From positions 469,145 through 533,144 of the forward strand of contig CAIXPL010000016.1 of NCBI GenBank assembly GCA_903921325.1: a stretch of 64,000 nucleotides of DNA, in the 5' to 3' direction. Positions 25,327 to 33,766 of the stretch are shown piece by piece. The notes below the pieces were generated by a model that made no database searches, was not told where the DNA came from, and saw only the letters and a list, made by a program, of their open reading frames with translations. Within the stretch, counting starts at the first letter, position 1. The number at the start of each line of letters is the position of its first letter. The DNA is from an uncultured Pseudomonadota bacterium. GTDB taxonomy: Bacteria > Pseudomonadota > Gammaproteobacteria > Burkholderiales > SG8-39. A program made the translations under genes and the position numbers.

Positions 25327-25922
25327 TGGCGGGCACGCGAGAGGACGCGCGAGAGGACACGCGAGAGGGCACGCGAGAGGGCACGCGAGAGGGCACCGAT
25401 GCCCGACCAGGGAACGGCCAAGACGAATCCCTGCTTGATCTCCTGGCGCAATCGGGCGCGACATCAGTTCGGCCACTCATTGAAGATCACCTCGCAGTGA
25501 TCGCGATGGCGCTGCTCATGCTCATCACCTTTGCCAACGTGCTGGTGCGCTACTTCACCGATCAGTCGTTTGCCTGGACCGAAGAAATCTCAAGCGTTCT
25601 CATGCTTTTAATGACGCTCATTGCCGCAGCAGCAGCGTGCGCGCGTGATCAGCATATCCGGATCGAGAATTTCTTTGCCGGCGGCAGCGCGGCACGCCAG
25701 CGGCGGCTTGCCCTGGTGTCTGCCGGCGCGACATGGCTGTTATTCATGCTGCTCGCCTTGCTCGCCGCGCGTACGGCCTATGACGAGTATCGCTTCGAAG
25801 AGACATCCCCCGGCATCGGTCTGCCCAAGTGGCTGTATTCCATCTGGTTGCCGATCTTGTGCGCTGCCATTGCGCGCCGCGCAGCCGGACGCTGGAAGAC
25901 GGAATGGCGGCGCACGCGATGA
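25326..25922 (+). CDS. TRAP transporter small permease (DctQ family) with a repeat-encoded N-terminal extension
   Basis: FANVLVRYFTDQSFAWTEEIS is a DctQ signature. No start codon lies between 25326 and the first TM segment, so the 12-bp repeats are translated. A TGATG overlap links it to E1 beta. Confidence 0.7.
   Translation: MAGTREDAREDTREGTREGTREGTDARPGNGQDESLLDLLAQSGATSVRPLIEDHLAVIAMALLMLITFANVLVRYFTDQSFAWTEEISSVLMLLMTLIAAAAACARDQHIRIENFFAGGSAARQRRLALVSAGATWLLFMLLALLAARTAYDEYRFEETSPGIGLPKWLYSIWLPILCAAIARRAAGRWKTEWRRTR
25335..25394 (+). repeat. five tandem copies of a 12-bp unit (acgcgagagg[ag]c), in frame
   Basis: Encodes TRED-ARED-TREG-TREG-TREG at the 5' end of the DctQ-family gene. 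Confidence 0.9.
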
Positions 25923-27217
25923 GCATCGCGGTCTTATTCGGACTGTTCATCCTGCTGATGCTCGCCGGTGTGCCCATAGGCGTGGCGCTGGGCGCGGGCG
26001 GTGTGGTGGCCATCGTGATGTCCAATCTGGACTCGCAACTCTGGGGGCTGCTTGCCGCACCACAGAATCTGTACGCATCGCTTACCAAGTACCCGTTGCT
26101 TGCCCTGCCGATGTTTGTGCTGGTCGGTTCGATTTTTGATCGATCGGGGGTGGCGCTGCGACTGGTGAATTTTGCGGTGGCCATCGTTGGACGCGGCCCG
26201 GGCATGTTGCCGCTGGTGGCGATCAGTGTGGCGATGCTGCTCGGGGGCATCTCGGGCTCAGGCCCGGCCAATGCAGCGGCCGTCGGTGGCGTGATGGTGG
26301 CGGCCATGTCCAAGGCTGGCTACCCGGCAGCGTTCAGTGCGAGTGTGGTCGGTGCGGCTGCGGCAACCGATATCCTCATTCCGCCGTCCATCGCCTTTAT
26401 CGTCTACAGCGTTCTGGTGCCCGGGGCCTCGGTGCCGGCTCTGTTTGCCGCCGGCATGATCCCGGGCATTCTCGCCGGCGTTGCCTTGATCGTGCCGGCG
26501 GTGTGGATTTCGCGCCACCACGGCTTTGGCGCGATTGAGCGCGATATTCCCCGGCCAGCGTTCTGGCGCAGCCTGCGTGAGGCGATCTGGGGGTTGGCCG
26601 CACCTGTGCTCATCCTGGGCGGCATGCGCGCCGGCTGGTTCACGCCGACTGAATCGGCTGTGGTGGCGGCGGTGTATGGCCTGTTTGTCGGCATGGTGGT
26701 CCATCGCACCATCGGCCTGCGTGACCTGTATCCGATCTTTCGCGAGGCGGCCGAACTCTCCGGCATCATCCTGCTGGTGATCGGCCTTGCGTCGATCTTT
26801 GCCTACGCGGTGAGCACGCTCGGGGTGGCCGATCCGTTTACACGCGCGATTGTCAATTCGGGCATGGGTGAATATGGCGTGCTGTCAGCGCTGATCGTGC
26901 TCCTGATCGTGGTCGGAATGTTTCTCGATGGCGTGTCGATCTTCCTGATCTTCGTGCCCTTGCTGATGCCGGTGGCGCAGATCTATCACTGGGACCCGGT
27001 CTGGTTTGGTGTGCTGCTCACCCTGAAGATCGCAGTCGGTCAGTTCACCCCGCCGATGGCGGTCAATCTGATGGTGTCATGCAGGATCGCCGGGGTGCGC
27101 ATGGAGCAGACGCTACCCTGGGTGGGCTGGCTGATCTTTGCCATGATGCTCGTGCTGGTGGCCGTTGTGGCGGTGCCTGATCTGGCACTATGGCTACCGC
27201 GCCAGCTCGGGTTATGA
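25919..27217 (+). CDS. TRAP transporter large permease (DctM family)
   Basis: 432 aa and polytopic. An ATGA overlap links it to the small permease gene. Confidence 0.85.
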   Translation: MSIAVLFGLFILLMLAGVPIGVALGAGGVVAIVMSNLDSQLWGLLAAPQNLYASLTKYPLLALPMFVLVGSIFDRSGVALRLVNFAVAIVGRGPGMLPLVAISVAMLLGGISGSGPANAAAVGGVMVAAMSKAGYPAAFSASVVGAAAATDILIPPSIAFIVYSVLVPGASVPALFAAGMIPGILAGVALIVPAVWISRHHGFGAIERDIPRPAFWRSLREAIWGLAAPVLILGGMRAGWFTPTESAVVAAVYGLFVGMVVHRTIGLRDLYPIFREAAELSGIILLVIGLASIFAYAVSTLGVADPFTRAIVNSGMGEYGVLSALIVLLIVVGMFLDGVSIFLIFVPLLMPVAQIYHWDPVWFGVLLTLKIAVGQFTPPMAVNLMVSCRIAGVRMEQTLPWVGWLIFAMMLVLVAVVAVPDLALWLPRQLGL

Positions 27218-27389
27218 TCGGTGCGTTAGATAAAAAATCTGTCTGGAGACACGCATGATCACCCGGCTGACTTGCAACGGCCTGCCGCGTATTGGCAGAG
27301 TCGCTACTTACCCGATGCGCCGTTCGGACAGCCCGTTGCCCGCGCTTGGTTGGACCCTTGCGCGGACCGTGGCCGCAGTCGCAGAGCGC

Positions 27390-28412
27390 ATGCGGCTGCT
27401 GTTGTTGATTGTGGCAGCCAGCTTTTTGGCCGCCTCGGCATTCGCACAGAGCTACAAGGCCGAGTACCGGCTCTCCACCGTGGTGCCTTCGGCATTTCCC
27501 TGGGGGAAGGGCGCTGACATTTGGGCCGACCTCGTGCGCGAGCGCACGGCCGGCCGTATCAACATCAAGGTCTATCCTGGCGTGTCTCTGGTCGGCGGTG
27601 ATCAGACGCGGGAATTCACCGCGATTCGCCAGGGCGTGATTGATATGGCGATCGGATCCACGATCAACTGGTCGCCGCAGGTAAAGGCACTCAATCTGTA
27701 TTCGCTGCCGTTCCTGATGCCCGATTACGCCGCGATCGATGCGCTCACCCATGGTCCGGTGGCCGATGACCTGTTCGCCATTCTGGAAAAGTCTGGTGTG
27801 GTGCCGCTTGCCTGGGGTGAGAACGGGTTTCGTGAACTGAGCAATTCGCGTCACGAGGTGCGTCTGCCTGCCGATATGAAAGGCATGAAGCTGCGCGTGG
27901 TGGGCTCGCCCCTGTTTCTGGACACCATGAGTGCGCTCGGTGCCAATCCGGTGCAGATGAGCTGGGCCGATGCGCAACCGGCACTGGCCTCTGGTGCGGT
28001 CGACGGCCAGGAGAATCCGGTGTCGATTTTCACGGCGGCGAAGCTGCATCAGGTGGGCCAGAAATTTGTCACCCTGTGGGGCTATGTGGCCGATCCCCTG
28101 ATCTTCGTGGTCAATCGCGAGGTGTGGACAAGCTGGACTGCGGCCGACCGCGATATTGTGCGCGCCGCGGCGATCGAGGCCGGACGTCGCGAAGTGCAAC
28201 TGGCGCGTGCCGGACTGACCGAGTCCGAGCAGCCCGAATGGCAGAAAGTGGCGGCGCAGGGCGTGAAAGTGTCGCGTCTGAGCGCGGCTGAGCGCGAGCA
28301 ATTTGTGATTGCCACGCGCCGCATCTACGCACGCTGGAAAGCCGAGATCGGCAAGGACCTCGTTGATAAGGCAGAGCAGGCCGTGGCGGCACGCAAGCCC
28401 GATCGGCGCTAG
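27390..28412 (+). CDS. TRAP transporter substrate-binding protein (DctP family)
   Basis: Signal peptide MRLLLLIVAASFLAASAFAQ and DctP-like core. The upstream in-frame ATG at 27255 has a better Shine-Dalgarno sequence (GGAGA) but would give a 65-aa leader. Confidence 0.8.
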   Translation: MRLLLLIVAASFLAASAFAQSYKAEYRLSTVVPSAFPWGKGADIWADLVRERTAGRINIKVYPGVSLVGGDQTREFTAIRQGVIDMAIGSTINWSPQVKALNLYSLPFLMPDYAAIDALTHGPVADDLFAILEKSGVVPLAWGENGFRELSNSRHEVRLPADMKGMKLRVVGSPLFLDTMSALGANPVQMSWADAQPALASGAVDGQENPVSIFTAAKLHQVGQKFVTLWGYVADPLIFVVNREVWTSWTAADRDIVRAAAIEAGRREVQLARAGLTESEQPEWQKVAAQGVKVSRLSAAEREQFVIATRRIYARWKAEIGKDLVDKAEQAVAARKPDRR

Positions 28413-28438
28413 GCGGCTCGTAAGTTGGGGATTGGGTC

Positions 28439-29281
28439 ATGAAACTCATTAGTTACACGATCGCCGGGGATGCGAGCTTCGGCGTGGTGGTGGGCGAGGG
28501 CGTCTACGACCTGAAGCAACGCCTCGGTGGGCGCTACGCTGATCTGCGCAGCGCGATCACGGCCGGCGCCCTCCAAGGCTTGGTGGCACCGGGCGGAGCC
28601 CCTGATCACCGACTCGACGCAGTGACGCTGCTGCCACCGATTCCCAACCCGGACAAGATCATCTGTATTGGGTTGAACTACCGTGCCCACGCCGCCGAAG
28701 GCGGGTTCGACATTCCCGTCTTTCCGTCGCTGTTTTCGCGCCTCACCAATACGTTGGTGGCCTCCGGCGCACCCATGCTGCGTCCGCATCAGTCGGGTGA
28801 TTTTGATTATGAAGGTGAGCTCGCCATTGTGATTGGCCGTGGCGGTCGACGCATCGCGCGGGCGCAGGCGCTCTCGCATGTCTTTGGCTATGCCTGCTTC
28901 AACGATGGTTCGATTCGTGATGTGCAGTTCAAGCATTCGGTCACTGCGGGCAAGAACTTTCCATTGACTGGGGGTTTCGGCCCCTGGATCGCCACTGCCG
29001 ATGAGATTCCTGATCCGAGCAAACTCACCCTCACCACGCGAGTCAACGGCCGAGAGGTGCAGCACCGTGGCATCGATGACATGATTTTCGATGTCCCTGC
29101 GATCATTGAATATGTGTCGAGCTTCACCCCGCTGTTACCCGGCGATGTCATCGCCACGGGGACGCCGGAAGGGGTTGGGTTTGCGCGTAAGCCCCCGCTG
29201 TGGCTGCGTCCGGGCGACACGGTCGAAATCGATATCTCGGGCGTGGGGGTGCTGCGTAACCCGATTCAGATGGAGCCGTAA
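28439..29281 (+). CDS. fumarylacetoacetate hydrolase (FAH) family protein
   Basis: KIICIGLNYRAHAAE and DYEGELAIVIG motifs. Confidence 0.85.
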   Translation: MKLISYTIAGDASFGVVVGEGVYDLKQRLGGRYADLRSAITAGALQGLVAPGGAPDHRLDAVTLLPPIPNPDKIICIGLNYRAHAAEGGFDIPVFPSLFSRLTNTLVASGAPMLRPHQSGDFDYEGELAIVIGRGGRRIARAQALSHVFGYACFNDGSIRDVQFKHSVTAGKNFPLTGGFGPWIATADEIPDPSKLTLTTRVNGREVQHRGIDDMIFDVPAIIEYVSSFTPLLPGDVIATGTPEGVGFARKPPLWLRPGDTVEIDISGVGVLRNPIQMEP

Positions 29282-29283
29282 GC

Positions 29284-29546
29284 CAGCCGACTGCGCGCCC
29301 CTGTCGTGTCTCGATGTGCAACAAGCCGATTACGCGCTGGCGATGATCGGCGTCTATGAACAGTGCAATGTCACGCTGGCTGCTGAGCTATTTGCGTGGA
29401 CCTATCAGCGCTCGATCGCCAAGTACCAGGCCGTGGTGGAGGCCACCGACGGCCCTGATCCGATGCGGGTTCGCTGCCGTGAGCAACTTGGCGAGGCGAT
29501 GCGCCAGATCGGTTTCCTTGGGCTGCCGTTTGATGCGGTGCCCTAA
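29284..29546 (+). pseudogene. 3' remnant (about 85 codons) of a Fic-family gene
   Basis: The translation LSCLDVQQADYALAMIGVYEQCNVTLAAELFAWTYQRSIAKYQAVVEATDGPDPMRVRCREQLGEAM resembles the region that follows the HPFxDGNGR motif in one Fic subfamily. No Fic core or start codon is present upstream, because the FAH gene occupies that space. Confidence 0.4.
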
Positions 29547-29640
29547 CTCCTCAGAATCCTGCGGTGCCCTCAGTCCTCAGCGTGCGTGGGGGCAGTGCGT
29601 GCGACCGAGCCCGCACACTCGGTGTGGAATGCGAATGAAG

Positions 29641-30624
29641 CTACAGGCCGAACACTTGCGCCGCGGTCGCCCCGCGCACTGCGTCGACCTGATCGGCCGG
29701 CAGCGCATCGACCCGTGCGAGGCAGCCGGTCATATCGCCGATATTGTGGGGATAGTCAGACCCATACATCACGCGATCGGCACCGGCGACGGCGATGCAT
29801 AGCGCCAACGCCTCCTGGCTGTAGGTGACCGTGTCGTAGTAGAGGTGGCGCATCCAGTCGCTGGGACGGGTCGATGTGCGGGTACGCGTGGCAGGCATTT
29901 TCTCGAAGCACGCATCGAGGCGTCCGACGATATAGGGCAGAGTCGCGCCGGCGTGGGCGACGATCAGTTTCAGGTTCGGGTAGCGATCAAGAAAGCCATC
30001 GAACATCATTCGGGTGACGGCCAGCGTCGTATCGAACATGAACCCGACCGAGGCCACCAGTGCATACTCATTGAGTGTCATCTCGCGCGTGCCAGGTGGC
30101 GCACTGGGGTGCAGCAGCACAGCCAGACCGAGGCGATCAATGGCCTCCCAGATCGGCGCAAAGCGGGCCTCTGTCAGTGCCAAGCCATCAATATTGGCGA
30201 GCACCATCACGCCAACCGCACCGGCCGCGCGCGCGCGGTGCAGCTCGTCAATTGCCTCGTGCGTGTGCAGCCAGGGCATCGAGGCCATCCAGCGCAGCCG
30301 TCCGGGATAGCGCGCCTGTGCCGCGGCCATTGCTTCATTGTTCGAACGCGCGGCCTGCAGGCTCGCCTGGGCACTGCCCCAGTACACATTGGGGCAGGTG
30401 AGCGACAGGATGCCGGTGTCGACGCCGGCTGCATCCATATCGCGAATGCGCAACTCGTAGTCAAAATGCCCGGGTGAGGGCGTGAGAAACGGTGCGCCAT
30501 CAAAGCTGATCGTGGGCAGTCGCCCCGGATTGTCGATTACGGCATAGCGGGGTGCACCGTGCTCACGTAACAGGCGCAGCCACTCATCGCCCAGTACATG
30601 GGTATGGATATCGATCACTGGCAA
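29641..30624 (-). CDS. amidohydrolase-2 (ACMSD-like decarboxylase/hydratase) family protein
   Basis: MPVIDIHTHVL start and the C-terminal SDYPH motif. Confidence 0.8.
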   Translation of the reverse strand: MPVIDIHTHVLGDEWLRLLREHGAPRYAVIDNPGRLPTISFDGAPFLTPSPGHFDYELRIRDMDAAGVDTGILSLTCPNVYWGSAQASLQAARSNNEAMAAAQARYPGRLRWMASMPWLHTHEAIDELHRARAAGAVGVMVLANIDGLALTEARFAPIWEAIDRLGLAVLLHPSAPPGTREMTLNEYALVASVGFMFDTTLAVTRMMFDGFLDRYPNLKLIVAHAGATLPYIVGRLDACFEKMPATRTRTSTRPSDWMRHLYYDTVTYSQEALALCIAVAGADRVMYGSDYPHNIGDMTGCLARVDALPADQVDAVRGATAAQVFGL

Positions 30625-30626
30625 GA

Positions 30627-31657
30627 TCAGTCTCCGCGAATGGCGCCAATGCGCGCAAGTTCGGCCCAGCGTGCGCTCTCGCGCCCAACCAGGGCATCGA
30701 GCTCTGCGGCGGTTGACGGGAAGGGCAGGTACGCCACATTGGCAAAGGCGGCCGTGGCCTCGGCTGAGCGCAGGTAGGCTTGCACTGCCGTGTTGGCATC
30801 GCGAATCACTGCGGGGGCCGTGCCACGCGGGGCAAACAGGCCAAACCAGAGTTGCAGATCAAAGCCCTCGATCCCCTGCTCCGCGAGGGTCGGCACGTCA
30901 GGTAACAGCGACGAGCGCTCGGGTGTCGAAACGCCCAGCACGCGCAGTGCGCCGCTACGCAGATGAGGTTGCACTACGGTGAGATCGGACATCATGCTTG
31001 AGACTCGTGCCGCCAGCAGATCAGGGAGCGCACTGGCAGTGGACTTGTAGGGCACGTGCACGATGTTGACCGCGGTGGCGTGCTTGAGCATCTCAAAGCC
31101 CAGATTCGATCCGGTGCCGTTGCCCGCCGAGGCATAGGTGAGCGCACCTGGGTGGGCGCGGGCCTGGGCGAGAAAGCTGCGTAGGTCATTTGCAGGAACA
31201 CCGGATGCACCACCAGAAAGATCGGTGTCTTGGCAACCCCGGCGACGGGCACCAGATCGCGCACAGGGTCAAGCGGCAGGTTATGTGCGATATGCGGTAG
31301 CACCGAGACCGTTGCCCCGGAGGTAAAGAGCAGTGTGTAGCCATCGGCCGGGGCGCGTGCCACCGCGAGTGCCCCGATGACCGAGTTGCCACCAGGCCGG
31401 TTATCGACCACCACTTGCTGGTGCAAGCGCACGGCCAGATCGGCGGCGAGCGCGCGAGCCGAGAAATCAGGCCCGCCGCCAGTGGCAAAAGGCACCACGA
31501 GATGGACGGGCCGCTCGGGCCAGGTTTGCGCGAACGTCGTGCCGGTTGCAACGAGGCAGGCCAGCGCAGCAAGGCGGCATAGCACGCGGCCCAGTCGAGT
31601 GCCCGGTGCTGAGCCGCCGACCGTCGGGTGCATGGGGTGCCTCTGCTCAGTCTTCAA
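30627..31657 (-). pseudogene. Bug/TctC-family substrate-binding protein, interrupted by a 1-nt frameshift near 31201-31204
   Basis: ORF 30992-31657 gives the N-terminal half up to IFLVVHP. A second frame then reads GVPANDLRSFLAQARAHPGALTYASAGNGTGSNLGFEMLKHATAVNIVHVPYK and continues into ORF 30627-31091. Confidence 0.8.
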
Positions 31658-32621
31658 GTTTGATATGGGTGAGCGAGATCACTTTCTGCCAGCGCCTGGA
31701 TTCACTGGCCAGAAAGCTCACGAATTCATCGCGCGGCAGGCCACCGGCGTCGCCACCGACTGCCGTGACGTGTTGCTGGAAATCCGCGGTGGCCGCAATG
31801 GCGACCAGTTCGCGGCCCAGGCGCGTGGCAATCTCGCTGGGCAGCCCGGCCGGGCCGAAGACACCAAACCAGGACGATGCGGTGTAATCCGGCACACCGC
31901 TCTCAGCCATGGTCGGCACGGCTGGCATCAGAACCGATCGTGTCGGTTTGGCCACGGCAAGGCCGTTCAGATTGCCCGCGAGCACTGACTTGTACACATT
32001 GAACCCGGTAATCAGGATCTCGACGTGTCCGCCCATCACCGACGCGGTGGCCGGCCCACCGCCGGTGAACGGGACGTGCGTAATCTGCGCCCCGGTAAGC
32101 AGATTGAAATACTCGAAGCTCATGTGGTGCACGGTGCCATTGCCCGGCGTGGCATAGCGCAGCGTGCCCGGTTTCGCGCGCGACAGATCCACCATCTCAC
32201 GGATCGAGTGCACGGGTACCGACGGGTGGGCGGCAAACATGAGGTAGCTGTCCGCGACCTTGGCCACCGGACTTAAGTCCCGTGCAGGGTCAAACGGAAG
32301 ATTGTGTCGCAGCAACGGCAGGATGGTGATGGTGTCGGAGCTCGCAAAAATCAGCGTGTAGCCATCGGCCGGTGCGCGTACCCCTTCGGCCACGCCAATG
32401 GCCCCCGAGGCACCGCCACGGTTGTCCACCACGACCTGGACACCCAGGCGCTCACCGAGCGCGAGCGCTGCCACGCGGCCCACGCTATCGAGCGCGCCAC
32501 CGGCCGGGAACGGCACGATGAGCCGGATAGGTTTTGCTGGGTAATTGCCCTGCGCGAGACTCACCTGCGCAGCGAGTAACGTCGCGAGGCAGGCGCCGAT
32601 GGCCAGCATTCGCTTAATCAT
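31647..32621 (-). CDS. Bug/TctC-family tripartite tricarboxylate transporter substrate-binding protein
   Basis: Signal peptide followed by YPAKPIRLIVPFPAGG and HVPFTGGGPA motifs. Confidence 0.85.
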   Translation of the reverse strand: MIKRMLAIGACLATLLAAQVSLAQGNYPAKPIRLIVPFPAGGALDSVGRVAALALGERLGVQVVVDNRGGASGAIGVAEGVRAPADGYTLIFASSDTITILPLLRHNLPFDPARDLSPVAKVADSYLMFAAHPSVPVHSIREMVDLSRAKPGTLRYATPGNGTVHHMSFEYFNLLTGAQITHVPFTGGGPATASVMGGHVEILITGFNVYKSVLAGNLNGLAVAKPTRSVLMPAVPTMAESGVPDYTASSWFGVFGPAGLPSEIATRLGRELVAIAATADFQQHVTAVGGDAGGLPRDEFVSFLASESRRWQKVISLTHIKLED

Positions 32622-33766
32622 CGCGCACCCGCGGTCGGACTGACGACATCCAGATAGTGATTGATCAGGTGATGTACGGCACCCTCCAGGTGCGCCATCG
32701 GTCCCGGGACATAGAAGGGCGAGGCCATCGCCTTTTGCAGCTTCACCACCATCGGCCCATCCTCGTTGGCGATCGCCCCGAGAATGAAGCGCTGGTACTC
32801 ATCGTACTTGCGCGCAAAGTCCGGGTCATCGAAGGCCGAGTGGGCAAACAGGCTATACATGTGCAGCTCGGTGCGACCGGGTGATATCGGCAGGATCTGC
32901 CACATGCGCAGACTGTCATAGCGCAGCGACAGATTCAGATTGGGATAGAGGCCTGCTTTCATCGAGGTCTCCGGTGGCATCCCTTCGAGCCAGGGCAGAG
33001 TGGGAAACATCTGCCGCCCACCGGTCGAATGCGGGCGCGATTTCTGTTCGTAGGTCCAGCCACCCTTGGGCAGCAGCTTGAATTCAAGCGCATTGCGATC
33101 GCTTTTCAGGAAGCCGCCAAAGGAGCCCGCGTGCAGCACCGGCACGTGATAGATGTCGATGAGATTCTCAACCAGCAGTTTCCAGTTGCAGTCGACGCCC
33201 AGCACCTCTCGCTTGTAGAAGCGGCACTCATCGGTACGAAACCACCACAGCTCGTGCTCATAGGGCGCGATGAATTGGGCAAAGGGTTCCACCGCCGGAT
33301 CGAAGCTCACAAAAATCCAGCCACGCCAGAGGGCGATCTGCAGTCGCGTGAGTTGTGCGCCCTTCATGTCGATTTCGCAGCGACCCATATAGGGGCTGGC
33401 AGTGAGTGTGCCGGACAGATCGTAGAGCCAGGCGTGATAGGGACAACTGAAATCGCGCGCATTGCCCGCGCCCTCGGCGATCGGCACACCGCGGTGCAGA
33501 CACATATTCATATAGGCGTGCAGCGTGCCGGCCTCATCTCGCGCAATGATGAATGACTCGCCGGCAATCTCCAGGCATTTGAAGTCACCCGGTTGCGCGA
33601 TTTCTTCCACCCGTGCGGCGAGCAGCCATCCGGTCATGAAAATGCGCTCTTTTTCCAGGGCAGCGACCTCGGGCGAGGAGTACAGCGCACCGGGCAATTG
33701 CCGCGCACGCTCACGGGGCAGCCGGGTGCGCGCGAGTGCGTCCTGCATTGATGCAAACGGGTTCAT
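32618..33766 (-). CDS. Rieske [2Fe-2S] aromatic-ring-hydroxylating oxygenase, alpha subunit type
   Basis: Rieske motif CLHRGVP...CPYHAW. The start at ATG 33766 forms an ATGA overlap with the upstream gene. Confidence 0.8.
   Translation of the reverse strand: MNPFASMQDALARTRLPRERARQLPGALYSSPEVAALEKERIFMTGWLLAARVEEIAQPGDFKCLEIAGESFIIARDEAGTLHAYMNMCLHRGVPIAEGAGNARDFSCPYHAWLYDLSGTLTASPYMGRCEIDMKGAQLTRLQIALWRGWIFVSFDPAVEPFAQFIAPYEHELWWFRTDECRFYKREVLGVDCNWKLLVENLIDIYHVPVLHAGSFGGFLKSDRNALEFKLLPKGGWTYEQKSRPHSTGGRQMFPTLPWLEGMPPETSMKAGLYPNLNLSLRYDSLRMWQILPISPGRTELHMYSLFAHSAFDDPDFARKYDEYQRFILGAIANEDGPMVVKLQKAMASPFYVPGPMAHLEGAVHHLINHYLDVVSPTAGAR

Noticed and set aside
27063-28301. 412-aa minus-strand ORF
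   Set aside because: It is antisense to the DctP-family gene and has no motifs. It is a shadow ORF.
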